Positions 12,471 through 24,523 of a stretch of 64,000 nucleotides of DNA are shown here, in pieces. The position numbers and the translations under genes were made by a program. Below the pieces are notes generated by a model. It had not been told where the DNA came from. It saw only the letters and a program-made list of their open reading frames with translations, and did not search any database. Source of the DNA: an uncultured delta proteobacterium (GTDB taxonomy: Bacteria; Desulfobacterota; Syntrophobacteria; Syntrophobacterales; Syntrophobacteraceae). The stretch is from assembly GCA_963808625.1 (NCBI GenBank), contig CAWEHK010000028.1:1-64000 (forward strand), written 5' to 3'. The first letter of the stretch is position 1. Each line of letters begins with the position of its first letter.

Positions 12471-14174
12471 TCAGTCCTTCGCCGAGCAGCGCGTGACTTC
12501 GTTGATGGAGGTGATTCCCTGCTTCAATTTGTTAATCCCGCTGCGCCGAAGCGTGATCATCCCCTGCATGATGGCTTCCCTCTTGATTTCAGAAGCCGAG
12601 GCGCCAATCAAGACCATTTCCCGAATTCTTTCGGTCATGGTCATGACCTCATACAAAGCCATACGCCCTCGATACCCGGTGTTATTGCATACGGGACAGC
12701 CTTTGCCCCGATAGCAAACAAACGACCCCAACTCATCTTCACGAACCCCGAGGTTGATGAGCGCATCATCGGGGACTTCCTCCACCACGCGGCATTCACG
12801 GCAAACACGGCGCACGAGCCTCTGGGCCACCACCAGGTTGACCGCCGACGACACCAGGAAAGATTCCACCCCCATGTTTAGAAGCCTGACAATGGTGCTT
12901 GGAGCATCATTCGTGTGGAGGGTGCTCAACACCAGGTGACCGGTTAGAGCTGCCTTAATCGCCACCTCGGCGGTTTCAAAATCTCTGATTTCACCGACCA
13001 TGATGATGTCCGGGTCCTGCCGTAAAAACGATCTCAAGGCCATTGCAAAGTTCAGTCCAATCAGGTCGTGGGTCTGTACCTGGTTGATTCCGGCCAGACT
13101 GTATTCGACGGGGTCTTCCGCGGTTGAGATATTGTCACTGACCCGGTTCAATTCGGAAAGAGCGCTGTAGAGTGTCGTTGTCTTGCCGCTGCCGGTGGGT
13201 CCGGTGACCAGCACCATGCCATAGGGCAGGCTTATGGCTTCCCGAAAAGCCTGGAATTGACTTTCCTCGAACCCCAGTTTGGTCATGTCGAGTTGCAGCC
13301 CGGTCTTGTCCAGGAGCCTGAGCACGACCTTCTCCCCAAAGAGTGTGGGCAGCACCGAAACGCGGAATTCCATTTCACGCCCTCGGGCTTTGAGCTTAAT
13401 GCGTCCGTCCTGGGGCAGACGCCGTTCGGCAATGTCCAGTCGACTCATGATTTTTAAACGGGAAACCAGCGCATTTCTCAGTTGCAGCGGGGGCCGCATC
13501 ATCTCATAGAGCACTCCATCGATGCGAAAGCGCACCCGCATGGTCTTTTCGTAGGGTTCGAGGTGGATATCGCTAGCCTGTTTTCGAATAGCATCCATGA
13601 GGATGTGATTGACCAGTTTCACCACCGGCGCCTGATCGACAGCATCCTCCAGGAATGACATGTCCATCTCATCCGTGGACTCAATCAGGTCCACATCGAC
13701 ATCTTCTTTCAGCAGCCCGAGCATGTCATCGACATTCTCGTTACCGGCCTGATCTTGATGCTGACTGAGCAATCCCTTGATAACAATCTCGGAAGCCACA
13801 TGGACCTGGATGTTTTTCCTCGTCAGGAACCGGATGTCATCAATGACAAAGAGATTACCGGGGTCGGCCATGGCAACATTGAGGGTGTGACCAATCAAAC
13901 CAAAGGGGACCGCCAGGTACTTCATGGCAATTTCCGGCGGAATCAGCTCGACGATGTCTTTGGGAATGGAGAGTCCGGCAGGATTTATGGCCGGCACACG
14001 AAACTGCCTGGAAAGGAATTCCACCAGGGCGGCGTCAGTGATATATCCCAGTTTGATCAAGACCGCGCCAATACGCTCCCCACTGTGTCGCTGTTCTTCA
14101 AGGGCCCGATTGAGCTGCTCGGGTTCAATCAAACCTTCCTGGAGCAGTAATTCCCCTAGTTTTTTTATCCCCAA
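12471..14174 (-). CDS. pilB: Type IV-A pilus assembly ATPase PilB
   Basis: MshEN-like N-terminus (KLGELL), Walker [30 protein letters not shown] and a tetracysteine motif. Confidence 0.95.
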   Translation of the reverse strand: MGIKKLGELLLQEGLIEPEQLNRALEEQRHSGERIGAVLIKLGYITDAALVEFLSRQFRVPAINPAGLSIPKDIVELIPPEIAMKYLAVPFGLIGHTLNVAMADPGNLFVIDDIRFLTRKNIQVHVASEIVIKGLLSQHQDQAGNENVDDMLGLLKEDVDVDLIESTDEMDMSFLEDAVDQAPVVKLVNHILMDAIRKQASDIHLEPYEKTMRVRFRIDGVLYEMMRPPLQLRNALVSRLKIMSRLDIAERRLPQDGRIKLKARGREMEFRVSVLPTLFGEKVVLRLLDKTGLQLDMTKLGFEESQFQAFREAISLPYGMVLVTGPTGSGKTTTLYSALSELNRVSDNISTAEDPVEYSLAGINQVQTHDLIGLNFAMALRSFLRQDPDIIMVGEIRDFETAEVAIKAALTGHLVLSTLHTNDAPSTIVRLLNMGVESFLVSSAVNLVVAQRLVRRVCRECRVVEEVPDDALINLGVREDELGSFVCYRGKGCPVCNNTGYRGRMALYEVMTMTERIREMVLIGASASEIKREAIMQGMITLRRSGINKLKQGITSINEVTRCSAKD

Positions 14175-14231
14175 TGTGCACCTCTATAGACCTGATCGAA
14201 GACGGCCAATATAAAAAGCGTCAGAAATGCC

Positions 14232-14259
14232 TTGACAGCCGGAAAATCCTGGTTAATAT
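14232..14259 (+). promoter_or_regulatory. Sigma70-type promoter for the PxxKW gene
   Basis: TTGACA-N16-TAATAT. Confidence 0.55.
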
Positions 14260-14316
14260 GCGCTCCGAGTTCTCCATCGAGAACTATTACTTATACCAGA
14301 ATTGGAGGTGGTTGTC

Positions 14317-14604
14317 ATGATTTGTGCGACGATGAAGGCGGGAATGGACTGCGCCTTCATGACGAAAGCAGGGTGTGGGTTTAGCGGCGGTTCCTGTCAT
14401 CCGATAGTGGAGAAGTGTGATGGGTGCCAAAAGGTTATGGAATTGCCATCAGGGAAGTTTTGCAGCAGTTTTCCGAATCCTTCCAGCAAATGGAAGATGA
14501 GCAACTGTAACTTCGCCACGCATTCCAAGTGGGATTCACAAAGCCAACAACAAGCCAAAATCAATCCCCTTAAAGCATCCAAGAGAAGCACCAAAGGGAA
14601 GTAA
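14317..14604 (+). CDS. PxxKW-family cysteine-rich small protein
   Basis: Cys-rich, with PSSKW, CNFATH and KINPLKASKR. A GGAGG RBS precedes the ATG at 14317. Confidence 0.85.
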   Translation: MICATMKAGMDCAFMTKAGCGFSGGSCHPIVEKCDGCQKVMELPSGKFCSSFPNPSSKWKMSNCNFATHSKWDSQSQQQAKINPLKASKRSTKGK

Positions 14605-14688
14605 CCTGCGGTTGGTTCGTGAGAGCAGGCTTCATAACGATTGCTCAGCACGCTGTGGAGTCATGCTCTCACCACCAAAATCCTGTAA

Positions 14689-16644
14689 CTTGCATTTCGC
14701 TCTTTTCAAGAGGACGTTTTGGCATTTAGGTGTTGACCTGTTCCAGTAACCTGACCGGGGCGGACGGGTCGCGAATCAACTACTGTCAAAGAGGAATTTG
14801 TATGAAAAATAGTCGCTCGGCACTTCCAGGATGGCAAGGATGTCTTCCTGAGATGGTGTCAGTTGCGAAATGAATCCTGGGCACTGCCGTCATTCAGGAG
14901 AATCCGCCCCTGAACGACGTACTTGAATGCCGCCAGAAGGGATTCGGTTTTGGGATTTCGGACATCTTTACGGTTTGGCATGAGTTGGTCCAGGCCGCGA
15001 TCCCTTTGGGCAATGTTTCTTCTGGCGGTCCTTTCCATGAGCACCAGAAGTTGGAGGGCGATTTTGAATAGGAAGAGAAGTGCCTCGATTCGTTCAGGCG
15101 TGTGGAGATAGACAGGTTCGAGGTTCAGACCGCTCTTGGCCCTACGATTCGTGTGCTCGCAGTTGTACTGATTCTTATGAGCCATCATGGCTTCATGCAG
15201 GCTGAGATCCTGGACGGGTTTGTTGGTGATTAGCGGATAGTAGCCGAGATGGTAAAGTGCGTTGTCGAAGGCTGATTCACTGAAAGAAAGGCTGACGGTG
15301 AACCGGTCTTGAATGATGGTGACCTTTTCGACTTGCTCATTTGCTTTGACCCGGCCCCGCTTCTTGTTTTTGGATGAGACGATGGGGTCGTTGTTGATGG
15401 TGTAGCTGAAGAAGTCGCCCGTTTGGTATCTTGCGAGAATGGAAGAGCAGGCATGGTCGATGCTCTGTTCCGTCTTCAATGTATATTTATTGAGCTTCTC
15501 ATCGAGTTGTTTGAAGGCCGCCATGGTCTTCTCAATGCGGTTGCGAAGCGTACTGCTCTTTCTGACAAACAGCCCGTGATCAAAAAGGATGATCATGCGG
15601 AAAGGGTAGGTTTTTTCATCGTGCTCCACATGCAATGGCACTTCGAAAGCCCGGTTGATCTGCTTTTTGTAAGGCAGGAGGGTTTCCACCGGGTGGTTAT
15701 CCAGAGCGGCATGGAAAGCGGATTTATAAGATTCGTACATGGGGGCTGGTGCAATGAAGAATCCGTCATGGTCGTGGATGTGGGCCATATTTTCCTTGGT
15801 GAGCAGTTTTGAATCGGCCACGTAAAGGAAGTCATTGCGGTCCAGGAGGTCGATTAGCTTTTGCCATTGCTCCACGTAAGTGGTCACATCGGCGGTATTG
15901 CCGCTGTACGCCTTTTGGAACAAGGGGAATCCACTGTCTGAGCTAACGGACAGAGACCATACAAATTGTTTGAGATCTTGCCGGTGTTTCTTGCTATGGC
16001 CGAAGGTAATTCGAATGCTGTCCGCTGTCTTGTTGTTGTCACAGTCACCGTAGACAGATGCTGAGGTGGTGTCGTTGTGACAGGTGCTCGTGACGATATT
16101 GAACTCGCGGATCATGTGCTGAGTGATGATGGTCTCCAGGTTGCCCAATCCATACGTGAACAGGGCGTCGAGGGTATCGGCAAGTCGATCGTCGAAATAC
16201 TCTTCCGGCTTTATGTGAGGAAAGACGACCTCCAGGACGGTGGTCTCGGATGCAAATTGAACGAACCTGTAGAGTTGCATGACTTGGAAGAGGATGCCGG
16301 TAATCATGGTAACCGAGGCCTCACCATGAGTGAGGATCGTTCTTCTTGCGTCCAGAGGCACATGTGCATCGATGATCTGGGCGATGCGGCACCTTTCATA
16401 ATAGGAGCGCAAGATGGGTGCAAACCCGACTCCTTTAGTCTCCACACCATGGACCATGGACTGTTCGGCCATCTATCCCTCCTTCGGGAGGGTAGACTAT
16501 GTTGAATAGAGCGTTTTGTCCAGCCGGGTATATGACTATTTGCGGCTATATTATCCAATTATCTGGCTCATTATGGGCCTAACTTTATTTTTCATCGTTT
16601 TTCTCAAAAATTGAAAATGCATCCAGAGAATAGCGAAATGTGAG
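14689..16644 (-). mobile_element. IS1634-family insertion sequence, complete, 1956 bp
   Basis: Imperfect terminal inverted repeats CTTGCATTTCGCTCTTTTC / CTCACATTTCGCTATTCTC. Flanking direct repeat CTGTAA at 14683-14688 and 16645-16650. Confidence 0.9.
14776..16472 (-). CDS. IS1634-family DDE transposase (frameshift near 14878)
   Basis: Motifs HNDTTS, FGHSKKHRQDLKQ, SGNTAD, YVADSKL and PVYLHTPERIEA. The alternative frame gives a natural C-terminus LTPSQEDILAILEVP...SS*. Confidence 0.9.
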
Positions 16645-16887
16645 CTGTAAGTTTCCATTTTCTCTCACCTTTGTCCCGGTTCATGCGACGCCGTCGGGTC
16701 CCAATGAGGAGCCCCCTAATTTCATTTGACTTCTCTCCTTGCGGTCGTTATGGCATAATAGCTTTGCGGCGCCTGGATGCATTGATTCCCGACGGGAGCA
16801 AGCCATGACCCGCACGCCAATGCATCAGGGCGATATCTTCTGTCATTGCCTTGAGACACGAGGCCTCCTCGAAAGGAAAGCGTTGCC

Positions 16888-18096
16888 GTGGGAGAAACAG
16901 TCATTTTAACTGGAAACCAGACAGCAGCACTCGCCGCCAAACTCTGTCGCGTGCAGGTGGTTGCTGCCTATCCTATTACCCCCCAATCAAGAATACCGGA
17001 AGTACTGTCGGAGTATGTGGAACGGGGTGAATTGCAGGCCGAATTTGTCCGGGTTGAGAGCGAGCACTCCGCCATGGGCGTATGCATTTCAGCGTCCATG
17101 GTCGGTGCAAGAGTTTTCACCGCGACGGCTGCCAATGGCCTGGCCTATATGCATGAGCAACTCCATTGGGCGGCGGGCGCGCGGCTCCCCATCGTGATGC
17201 CGGTGACGAATCGCGGTCTGGGGGCCCCCTGGACCATTCTCAATGATATGCAAGACACCATTTCTCAACGAGACACGGGATGGATGCAATTCTACTGCAT
17301 GACCAACCAGGAAGTTCTCGATCAGATCATCCTCGCCTACCGGGTGGCCGAGCAACTCATGGCCCCTATTATGGTCTGCTTCGATGGCTTCCGTCTTTCG
17401 CACACGATGATGCCGGTGGCCGTCCCGTCTCAGGATGAGGTCGATGCCTTCCTGCCTCCTTATCGATTGCCTTATCGTCTGGACCCGGAAGCGCCGGTCA
17501 ACATGAATCCGGTGGTAATGACCGACCCCCTGCCCGGCCCCGACGGTGCTCCCTGTCCCAGTTACATGGGATTTCGGAGGCGCCTGCAGGAAACGCTGGA
17601 GGCGGCGCCGAGCGTGATTGCTCAAGCCGGAAGCGATTTCCAGCTCGCCTTCGGCAGGTCCTATGAGGACCCCCTTTATCGATATCGCTCCGAGGACGCC
17701 AGGTTTCTTTTTGTCGCCATGGGATCCCTGGCCAGTGAGGCCAGTGCCGCTGCCGACATCCTCCGCGATCAGGGGACTGCTGCGGGCGTCATTGGGGTCC
17801 GGACGTTTCGGCCATTTCCGACCAGCGCTCTCGCTCAGGCCGTTGCCCAAGCCGATGGCGTCATCGTCGCCGAAAAAGCCATCAGCTACGGTTACGAAGG
17901 CGCTCTGGCCACCGAATTGAAAGGCGCACTATTCAGTCACAACGGTCATCGTCCGCTTGTATACAATTACATTTTGGGTCTCGGCGGCAAAGACGTCAAA
18001 CCGTCAGACCTCGTGGAAGCCGCCGCCGATACCATGCAGGGCTTCGAAAAAGGGAACCGCCAGGAACATCCTCTCTGGATCGGCTCCGGAGTTTGA
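16888..18096 (+). CDS. 2-oxoacid:ferredoxin oxidoreductase alpha subunit (PorA/VorA/PadG-like)
   Basis: Motifs YPITPQ, ESEHSAM, RTFRPFP and GLGGKD. Confidence 0.9.
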   Translation: MGETVILTGNQTAALAAKLCRVQVVAAYPITPQSRIPEVLSEYVERGELQAEFVRVESEHSAMGVCISASMVGARVFTATAANGLAYMHEQLHWAAGARLPIVMPVTNRGLGAPWTILNDMQDTISQRDTGWMQFYCMTNQEVLDQIILAYRVAEQLMAPIMVCFDGFRLSHTMMPVAVPSQDEVDAFLPPYRLPYRLDPEAPVNMNPVVMTDPLPGPDGAPCPSYMGFRRRLQETLEAAPSVIAQAGSDFQLAFGRSYEDPLYRYRSEDARFLFVAMGSLASEASAAADILRDQGTAAGVIGVRTFRPFPTSALAQAVAQADGVIVAEKAISYGYEGALATELKGALFSHNGHRPLVYNYILGLGGKDVKPSDLVEAAADTMQGFEKGNRQEHPLWIGSGV

Positions 18097-18130
18097 TCTA
18101 AACCACTCGAAAAGAAAGCACCAAGGAACC

Positions 18131-19031
18131 ATGACAACTGACAATCCTGGACCTTCCGGAACAAGAATATATCGAACCTGGAACACGCACCTGCGCGGGT
18201 TGCGGCTTGCCGATCGCGTATCGTTACATGCTCAAGGCCCTGGGTCCCAAGACCATCATGACCCACCCGGCATGTTGTCTGACGATTCTTCACGGCATCT
18301 ATCCCAAGACCCCCGTGGCCATCAATGCCGTGAACAACACCTTCGCCAGCACGGCAGCCTCGGCCTCGGGACTGGTGGCCGGCCTGAAGGCCACCGGCCA
18401 GAATGACTATACCGTACTGGCCATGGCGGGCGATGGCGGGACTTTTGATATGGGCATCCAGGCCCTCAGCGGCGCCGCCGAGCGTGAAACCGACTTCATC
18501 TACGTCTGCTATGATAATGAAGCTTATATGAATACCGGAGTCCAGCGCTCCAGTGCGACGCCTTCCGGGGCTACCACCACAACGACCGCAGTCATTCCCA
18601 AGGAACAGCCGAAAAAAGATTTCCTCCAGATCATGGAAGCGCACCATCTGCCATATCTCGCCTCCGCATGTTCCTCTTATCCGGGGGACATTTTCAACAA
18701 GTTCCTCAAAGCCAAAACCATCAAGGGCACACGCTTCATCCATCTCAGTGTCCCCTGTCCGGCAGGATGGGTGTTTCCAACGAAAGACACGGTCAAGGTC
18801 GGAAGACTGGCAGTGGAATCCGGCGTGGTCTTGCTTTATGAAGTGGAGGACGGGGTCCTGAGGTTAACCGGAAAAACCTTGAACATGGCCCGCAACGCTC
18901 GGAAACGCCCAGTCGAGGAATACCTGCAACTGCAGGGGCGGTTCAAGAAGATGACGGCCGAACAGACTGCGGATTTCCAGCGTCAGGTTGATGACCGCTG
19001 GGACCAGTTGCTGAAGCGAGCCGAGTCCTAA
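18131..19031 (+). CDS. 2-oxoacid:ferredoxin oxidoreductase beta (TPP-binding) subunit (frameshift just after the start)
   Basis: Motifs TCAGCG, GDGG...YDNEAYMNTGVQRS and PCPAGW. Confidence 0.9.
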
Positions 19032-19162
19032 GCCCCGGCGCCATGGCCATTTGACGAATCAATGCCCATCGTCTCAATCCGTGATCGCTGAAAGCCTTCT
19101 TTCTCACCGCAGAGAACACCGAGGGCACAGAGAAAAGCTTTGAGAAAGACAAAGAGATTTCG

Positions 19163-19303
19163 CTCGTTCCCAAGCTCCAGCTTGGGAATACAGGACGGAA
19201 GCTCCGGCTTCACGTCTCGCCTGAGTACGAGGTGACATCTACACCTCCGACGAAGCTGGAGCTTCCACGCAGGTGGGTTCCCAAGCCAGAGCTTGGGAAC
19301 CAG
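19163..19303. repeat. REP-like composite palindrome (CTCGTTCCCAAGCTCCAGCTTGGGAA family)
   Basis: Terminal hairpins GTTCCCAAGC...GCTTGGGAA with inner GAAGCTCCGGCTTC/GAAGCTGGAGCTTC. A degenerate second copy lies at 23530-23648. Confidence 0.75.
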
Positions 19304-19332
19304 CTTTGAACGGGAATTTGAGACACACCCCA

Positions 19333-19376
19333 AGAGCCAAGAGCTAACAGCCAACGGCTAAGAGCCAACAGCCAAC
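19333..19376. repeat. Heptamer tandem array (GAGCCAA/CAGCCAA)
   Basis: About six copies abutting the fabH stop. Confidence 0.75.
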
Positions 19377-19377
19377 T

Positions 19378-20376
19378 TCACTCCCACCAGCGCGTGAGCA
19401 CGCTCCCCCAGGTGAAACCGGCACCAAAAGCCGACATCACGAGATAATCTCCCTTTTTCACCTTTTTTTCCTCTGCCACGACCTCGTAGAGGCAAAGTGG
19501 AATCGTCGCGGCCGTGGTGTTGGCATATCGGTCAATATTGATGACCACTTTACTCCGATCAATTCCCATGCGGTTGGCGCTGGCTTCGATGATGCGCAGG
19601 TTCGCCTGATGCGGCAGAAAGAACGCTACATCGTCTCCGGTGAGTCCATTTTTTTCCAGGATTTGCGCTGAAACATTGGCCATTTCCTTCACCGCGAATT
19701 TGAATACCTGCTGTCCCTCCTGGTAGACGTAATGTTCCTTATTTTGACGGTCTCCAGGCTTGACGGCCGGCGGCTGCCTCCGGCTTTCATGTGCAGGTGC
19801 TTCCCACCGGAACCGTCGATCCGGTGGATAAAGTCCAAAACCCCGTACCCGGCTTCGGGGCAGGGCTCAAGGAGGACGGCAGCCGCAGCATCGCCAAACA
19901 GCACACAGGTATTGCGGTCCTCATAGTCGATAATGCTGCTCATGACATCGCTGCCGATCACCAAGACCTTTTCATACCGCCCGGATTCGATCATCTGAAC
20001 GCCCGCGGTGAGCGAAAAAATGAAACCCGAACAGCCGGCAGAGAGATCAAAGCCCCAGGCGCGAGTGGCACCGATGCCCTCCTGCACCAGAGCAGGCCGT
20101 GGAGGGATAAAACATGTCCGGGGTCACCGTCCCCACAATGATGGCATCCACTTCCTCCGGGGCCGTATTGCCGCGTTCCAGGCAGTCCAAAGCCGCACGA
20201 ATGGCCATATAGGAATTGCCCAGGCCGGGTTCCAGAATGCGCCGTTCGCGGATGCCGGTCCTGGTCATGATCCATTCATCCGTGGTGTCCACCATTTTTT
20301 CCAGATCTTGATTGGTAAGTCGCCGTTCCGGCAGGAAACGACCGACCGACCGAATGAAAGCATGTCTATTTGGCAT
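19378..20376 (-). CDS. fabH: Beta-ketoacyl-ACP synthase III (two frameshifts)
   Basis: Motifs [47 protein letters not shown] and AFGAGFTWG across three ORFs. Confidence 0.92.
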
Positions 20377-20393
20377 TTTCAGTTACCACGCTG

Positions 20394-21187
20394 CTACATT
20401 ATTCCTTTGTAATATCCGCCATCGATTTGGATGGAGGCGCCCGTAATGAAACCGGACCGTTCGGAAGCAAGGAAGGTTACCAGGGCGGCGAACTCTTCCG
20501 GAGTACCCAAACGCCCCATGGGGATCAAAGCTTCCCAGCTCTTGATGACCGCTTCAGGGGTCGTGCCGCGTTTCCCGGCGACATCGATGGAAATTTGCGC
20601 ACCCTTTCGGTCATGGTGTAGCCCGGGACAGACATTGTTCACCGTGACGTTATAGGGAGCCAGCTCATTGGAGAGCGTTTTGGCAAAACCGATGACTCCG
20701 GAGCGCACCGTGTTGGAGAGAATGAGCCCATCGATAGGCTGCTTAACCGATATGGATGTCATATTGATGATCCGTCCCCAGCGTTTTTCCTTCAATATGG
20801 GAACAACTTCCCTGGTCATAATGATGGTGCTCAGGAGATTCAATCTTATGCCCAGGTTCCACTGGTCATCGTCGACTTCGAGAAAGGTCCTGTCGGGAGG
20901 CCCGCCGGCGTTGTTGACAAGGATGTCCACCGTGCCGAAATGTTCAATCCCCTTGCGAATAAAACCCCGTGGCCTGCTCGGCATTGCTCAGGTCAGCCGG
21001 AATGCCAATGATTTCTCCCCCCGTTGCCAGGCGGATTTCCTCGACCGCTTTGGGAAGCTCAGGATCATCGAGAGCACAAATGGCAACTCTTGCGCCCTCA
21101 CGGCTCATCTCCATGGCCACGGCTTTTCCCAAACCCTGGCTCGCCTCCTGCAACAAAAGCTACTTTACCTTTTAAACCCAAATCCAT
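20394..21187 (-). CDS. SDR-family oxidoreductase (frameshifted)
   Basis: Motifs MDLGLKGKVAFVAGASQGLG, VNNAGG and IPMGRLGTPEE. Confidence 0.88.
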
Positions 21188-21254
21188 TGCTCTCTCCTCT
21201 TTTTCCATTCCGAAGAGGGCTTCCTTACGGCCTTCTATGCTGCATATTGTCCCA

Positions 21255-22009
21255 TCACGTTCCTAGCCTCATCTTGTGATCCTCATAAAGCAGCGCGCAT
21301 GGCCTCCGTATAGGTCCTGTCCTCCCGGTAGATGAAGAACGGGGGCGTAATCCGGAGTTCCTCTCCTGCTCCCTTCCTGCATTCCAGGTGCACCAGGCGG
21401 GCCTCGGAGGCAGCATCGGAGTGAATTATCGTGAGCTGCTTCGGGTCAGGTCATACTCATGAGCCGTCACCAGAAGATGAGCGAGTCGCGTTGCCGGATA
21501 AATGACTGACAGCCGTCCGCCATGACCAAGAAGATGCCTCGCCGCCCTGACACACGTCCGCAAGCGAGGACTTCAATTCATGCCGGGCAATGGCCCGCTG
21601 CCCATCCGGGTTCAGGCGACCGACTGCGAAGGCGCCGATAAGGCGGATTGCTGGTCACGAGATCGAAACTTCCCGGTCGAAAATCCTGGAGAAATCCGGC
21701 GAAAATCTCGCTCATGAATCTCAATCTTCTCACCAAAGCCATTGACTTGCATGTTTTGCTGCGCCAAGTCCACAAGGTCCGGTTGAATCTCCACCCCCAC
21801 GATCCGCTTTCCCAGGTTGCGATAAGCCAGAATCAGCGGGATCACCCCACAGCCGGTCCCCAAATCCAGGATGCGATCATTGGGGTCGCACTCTGGTAAG
21901 GCCGGCAAGCAACACCGCATCAATGGCGAAACCGGTACCCCCTTTTTCTGCTGATAAATGATCAGCTTTCCGTTGAAAAGCGCATCGCAGGTCAGCAAGA
22001 GCGATCCAT
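21255..22009 (-). CDS. tRNA1(Val) A37 N6-methyltransferase-like SAM methyltransferase (several frameshifts)
   Basis: Motifs ILDLGTGCGVIPL, GVEIQ, FDLVTSNPPY and C-terminal PPFFIY. Confidence 0.8.
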
Positions 22010-22013
22010 CTCG

Positions 22014-23363
22014 TCAGAGAAGGCCTGTCAAGCCGATGCCAAGAGTGTGGATGACCAGGCCGCTCCAGACTTTGGGATAGAAGTAGGTAGCCTTGTGAGG
22101 CATGATGAGTCCGGCGCTGGCCACTTCCTGAACCTGTTCGATCCGGGTTGGATTGATAAAAAAACCTGCCTCATAGGTTCCTGATTGCACGGCGGAAACG
22201 GCTTCCAGAAGGTCCTGTTTGAAATGAATATTGCGTTCGTTGGCGAGAAACACGTCGGAGAGTCCGAGCAGGTGTCGCAGCAACAACTGGTCCAGGATCA
22301 CCACATCCAGACGGCGAAGCACTTCATTGATACCGCGACCGGAAAGATAAGACGAGATTACCTCACGTCTGGCCCTCAAAAGATAAAACCCATCAGCATG
22401 CCGCCAATACAAACCAATGAGCGTCTCTTTGGTCGACTGCCCTTTCTCCAGATCTTCACGCCACTAGCTTGTCCCTCGGTCGTCGTTTTGTAATTCGATA
22501 ACATCAAAGTAGGCTGACAGCATCGCGCAAGAAGCCTTGAGGTTCCCAGGGGCCCATATGTCTCAGCAACCGATGGGTCGGAAGGATCGTCAGCCCGCCT
22601 TGATCCAGATTGGACAAGATACATCATGATGTATTCGAAAGGGGCATCGGCAGGGGTATTACCCAGTTGCTGGCGCTGAATGGAGCGATAATTGAGGGCC
22701 GTCTCATAACGGTGATGCCCATCGGCTATATAGATCGGTTTGTCAAGCATCAGGGCTGTCACCTGTCGGATAGATCTCCGGGTTCACCACCCGCCATAGC
22801 TGATGCTTCATCCCTACCCGGTCCGTGAACGACATCACCGGGGTCGGTTCCCTGCCCATTCGCAAGAGGTGGTCAACCACCATGCCGGGATCGGAGTAAA
22901 GCGCGAAAACCGGGCTGAGGTTGGCCTGACAGGCCAGCATCAGGCCGAGACGCTCATCTTTTACCGCCTGGAAGGTCTTCTCGTGGGGACGGACAAAGCC
23001 GGAGCTGAATTCTTCCAGACGCAGGGTGCAAATGAACCCATAGCGCGTTTGGCGCACTCCCGGCGCAACCGGATAATCCAGTTCGTAGTAGTAAAGGGCC
23101 GGTTGTTCATCACGCTTCAGGACCCTTTTCTGTTGCCACTCCAGCAAGTGCTTTGCCGCGCGCGTGTGGGGATTGTCGGCTTCCGTGTCGTCCGGGGTGG
23201 ACTTGCCCAGCTCCAGATGAACCATGTTATAAGGACTGAGGTGATGGAAGAGTTCCTGTTCCGCTGGGGAGATGACATCATAAGGCGGAATTACCACCGT
23301 GGACAGACTTTCCACCTTTTCCGTATTGTAGCGCAGCCCACAGAATGGGGCGATTTCTGCCAT
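22014..23363 (-). CDS. DUF1015-family protein (frameshifted)
   Basis: Motifs PPYDVIS, RPHEKT, IADGHHRYETA and MPHKATYFYPK. Confidence 0.88.
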
Positions 23364-23623
23364 GATTCGCTATACCTTCACATCTAATAATTGCGACTGA
23401 AGTCAACTTCCGACAATTATCCTGCTTCTGCAGACGGCATGAAGTCTTTCAGACGCGGCTTTTTCAGCACCATGCAAGATAGCAAGATATCAGTGGCCTG
23501 TACTCTGGAGTCTGTCTAATCCCTTAAAGCTCGTTCTCAGCTCCGCTTGAGAACCACCGTTGAATGCCACGGACGAATGGCTGCAACGTGATACTCGAGA
23601 CGAAGCTGAGCTTTCACCTGCGT

Positions 23624-24482
23624 TTACAAGCTGGAGCTTGGGAACGAGCGAACGAGCGAGTTCGCCCCTCTTCTAAGGTGGAGCGAGGGAATTTCCTTCG
23701 AGTTCCACGTAAATTTGAATTTCCGACAACTCACCGATTTCACGACAGCCAGAAGGGTGCACGGGGTTTCATAAACTGCTCTGGCAAGGATGAGGGAGGA
23801 GAAATCCTCGGTAAGCTGCAACGATTCGCTGAAGCGCAGGACCATGCCGGCCAGATCCACCCACCTCGAGGCTTGTTCCAGGACGGATTGGTCACTGCTG
23901 GCGATGATCGCTTCGGCATAGGGAAACTCGCGCTCCGGCACCGGCACGGCTCGTGCCGTTCCACTAAGGCCAAGAGCATTCATCTGCTGTTGATAAGAAT
24001 GGGCCAGACGACCACTCTGGCTGATGGGAGCATCAAAGAGAAACAACGCCTCGGCGGGCCGGAATTCCCCCAGGAAACGAAAAATGAGGTCCACCGCCAG
24101 AGAACTTGCCTCCGTCATCCGGAAGTTCGCCGATTGTCCCGCGAGATCGCGGATCACGCCATCATTGGCCCTCAGCAGCGGGCGCCCGAGAAGAGAACTT
24201 TCCACCGTGATTTGAACATTGTGTCCATCCACCACCAGCAAGGCATCCCTCCAGGCGGCTCCCAGACTTCGCCCGGCAAGGCGTCGCAAAGCATCCCCTT
24301 GACCGAAGACGCCCCGATGGAGCAGTTGCCGTTCCAGGTGACTCAACCGATAGCGATTGCCGACCCACTCGAGCGCAGACTTCCTCGGATACCCGTGATT
24401 CTGCAAGAGGAAGAAATCGTGAGCGGCTCGATGTATTGGACGCAAGGGTTCGCGCGTTTGACAAAGCGGAGTGGTGGTCATG
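23624..24482 (-). CDS. DUF434-family protein with PIN-like domain
   Basis: Motifs GYPRKSALEWVGNRYRL, VDGHNVQITVE, DGVIRDLA, FDAPISQSG and SSD. Confidence 0.8.
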
Positions 24483-24523
24483 AAATGGTGAGAACGCGGC
24501 AATCCTGAAGAGGAAGCGAAACA

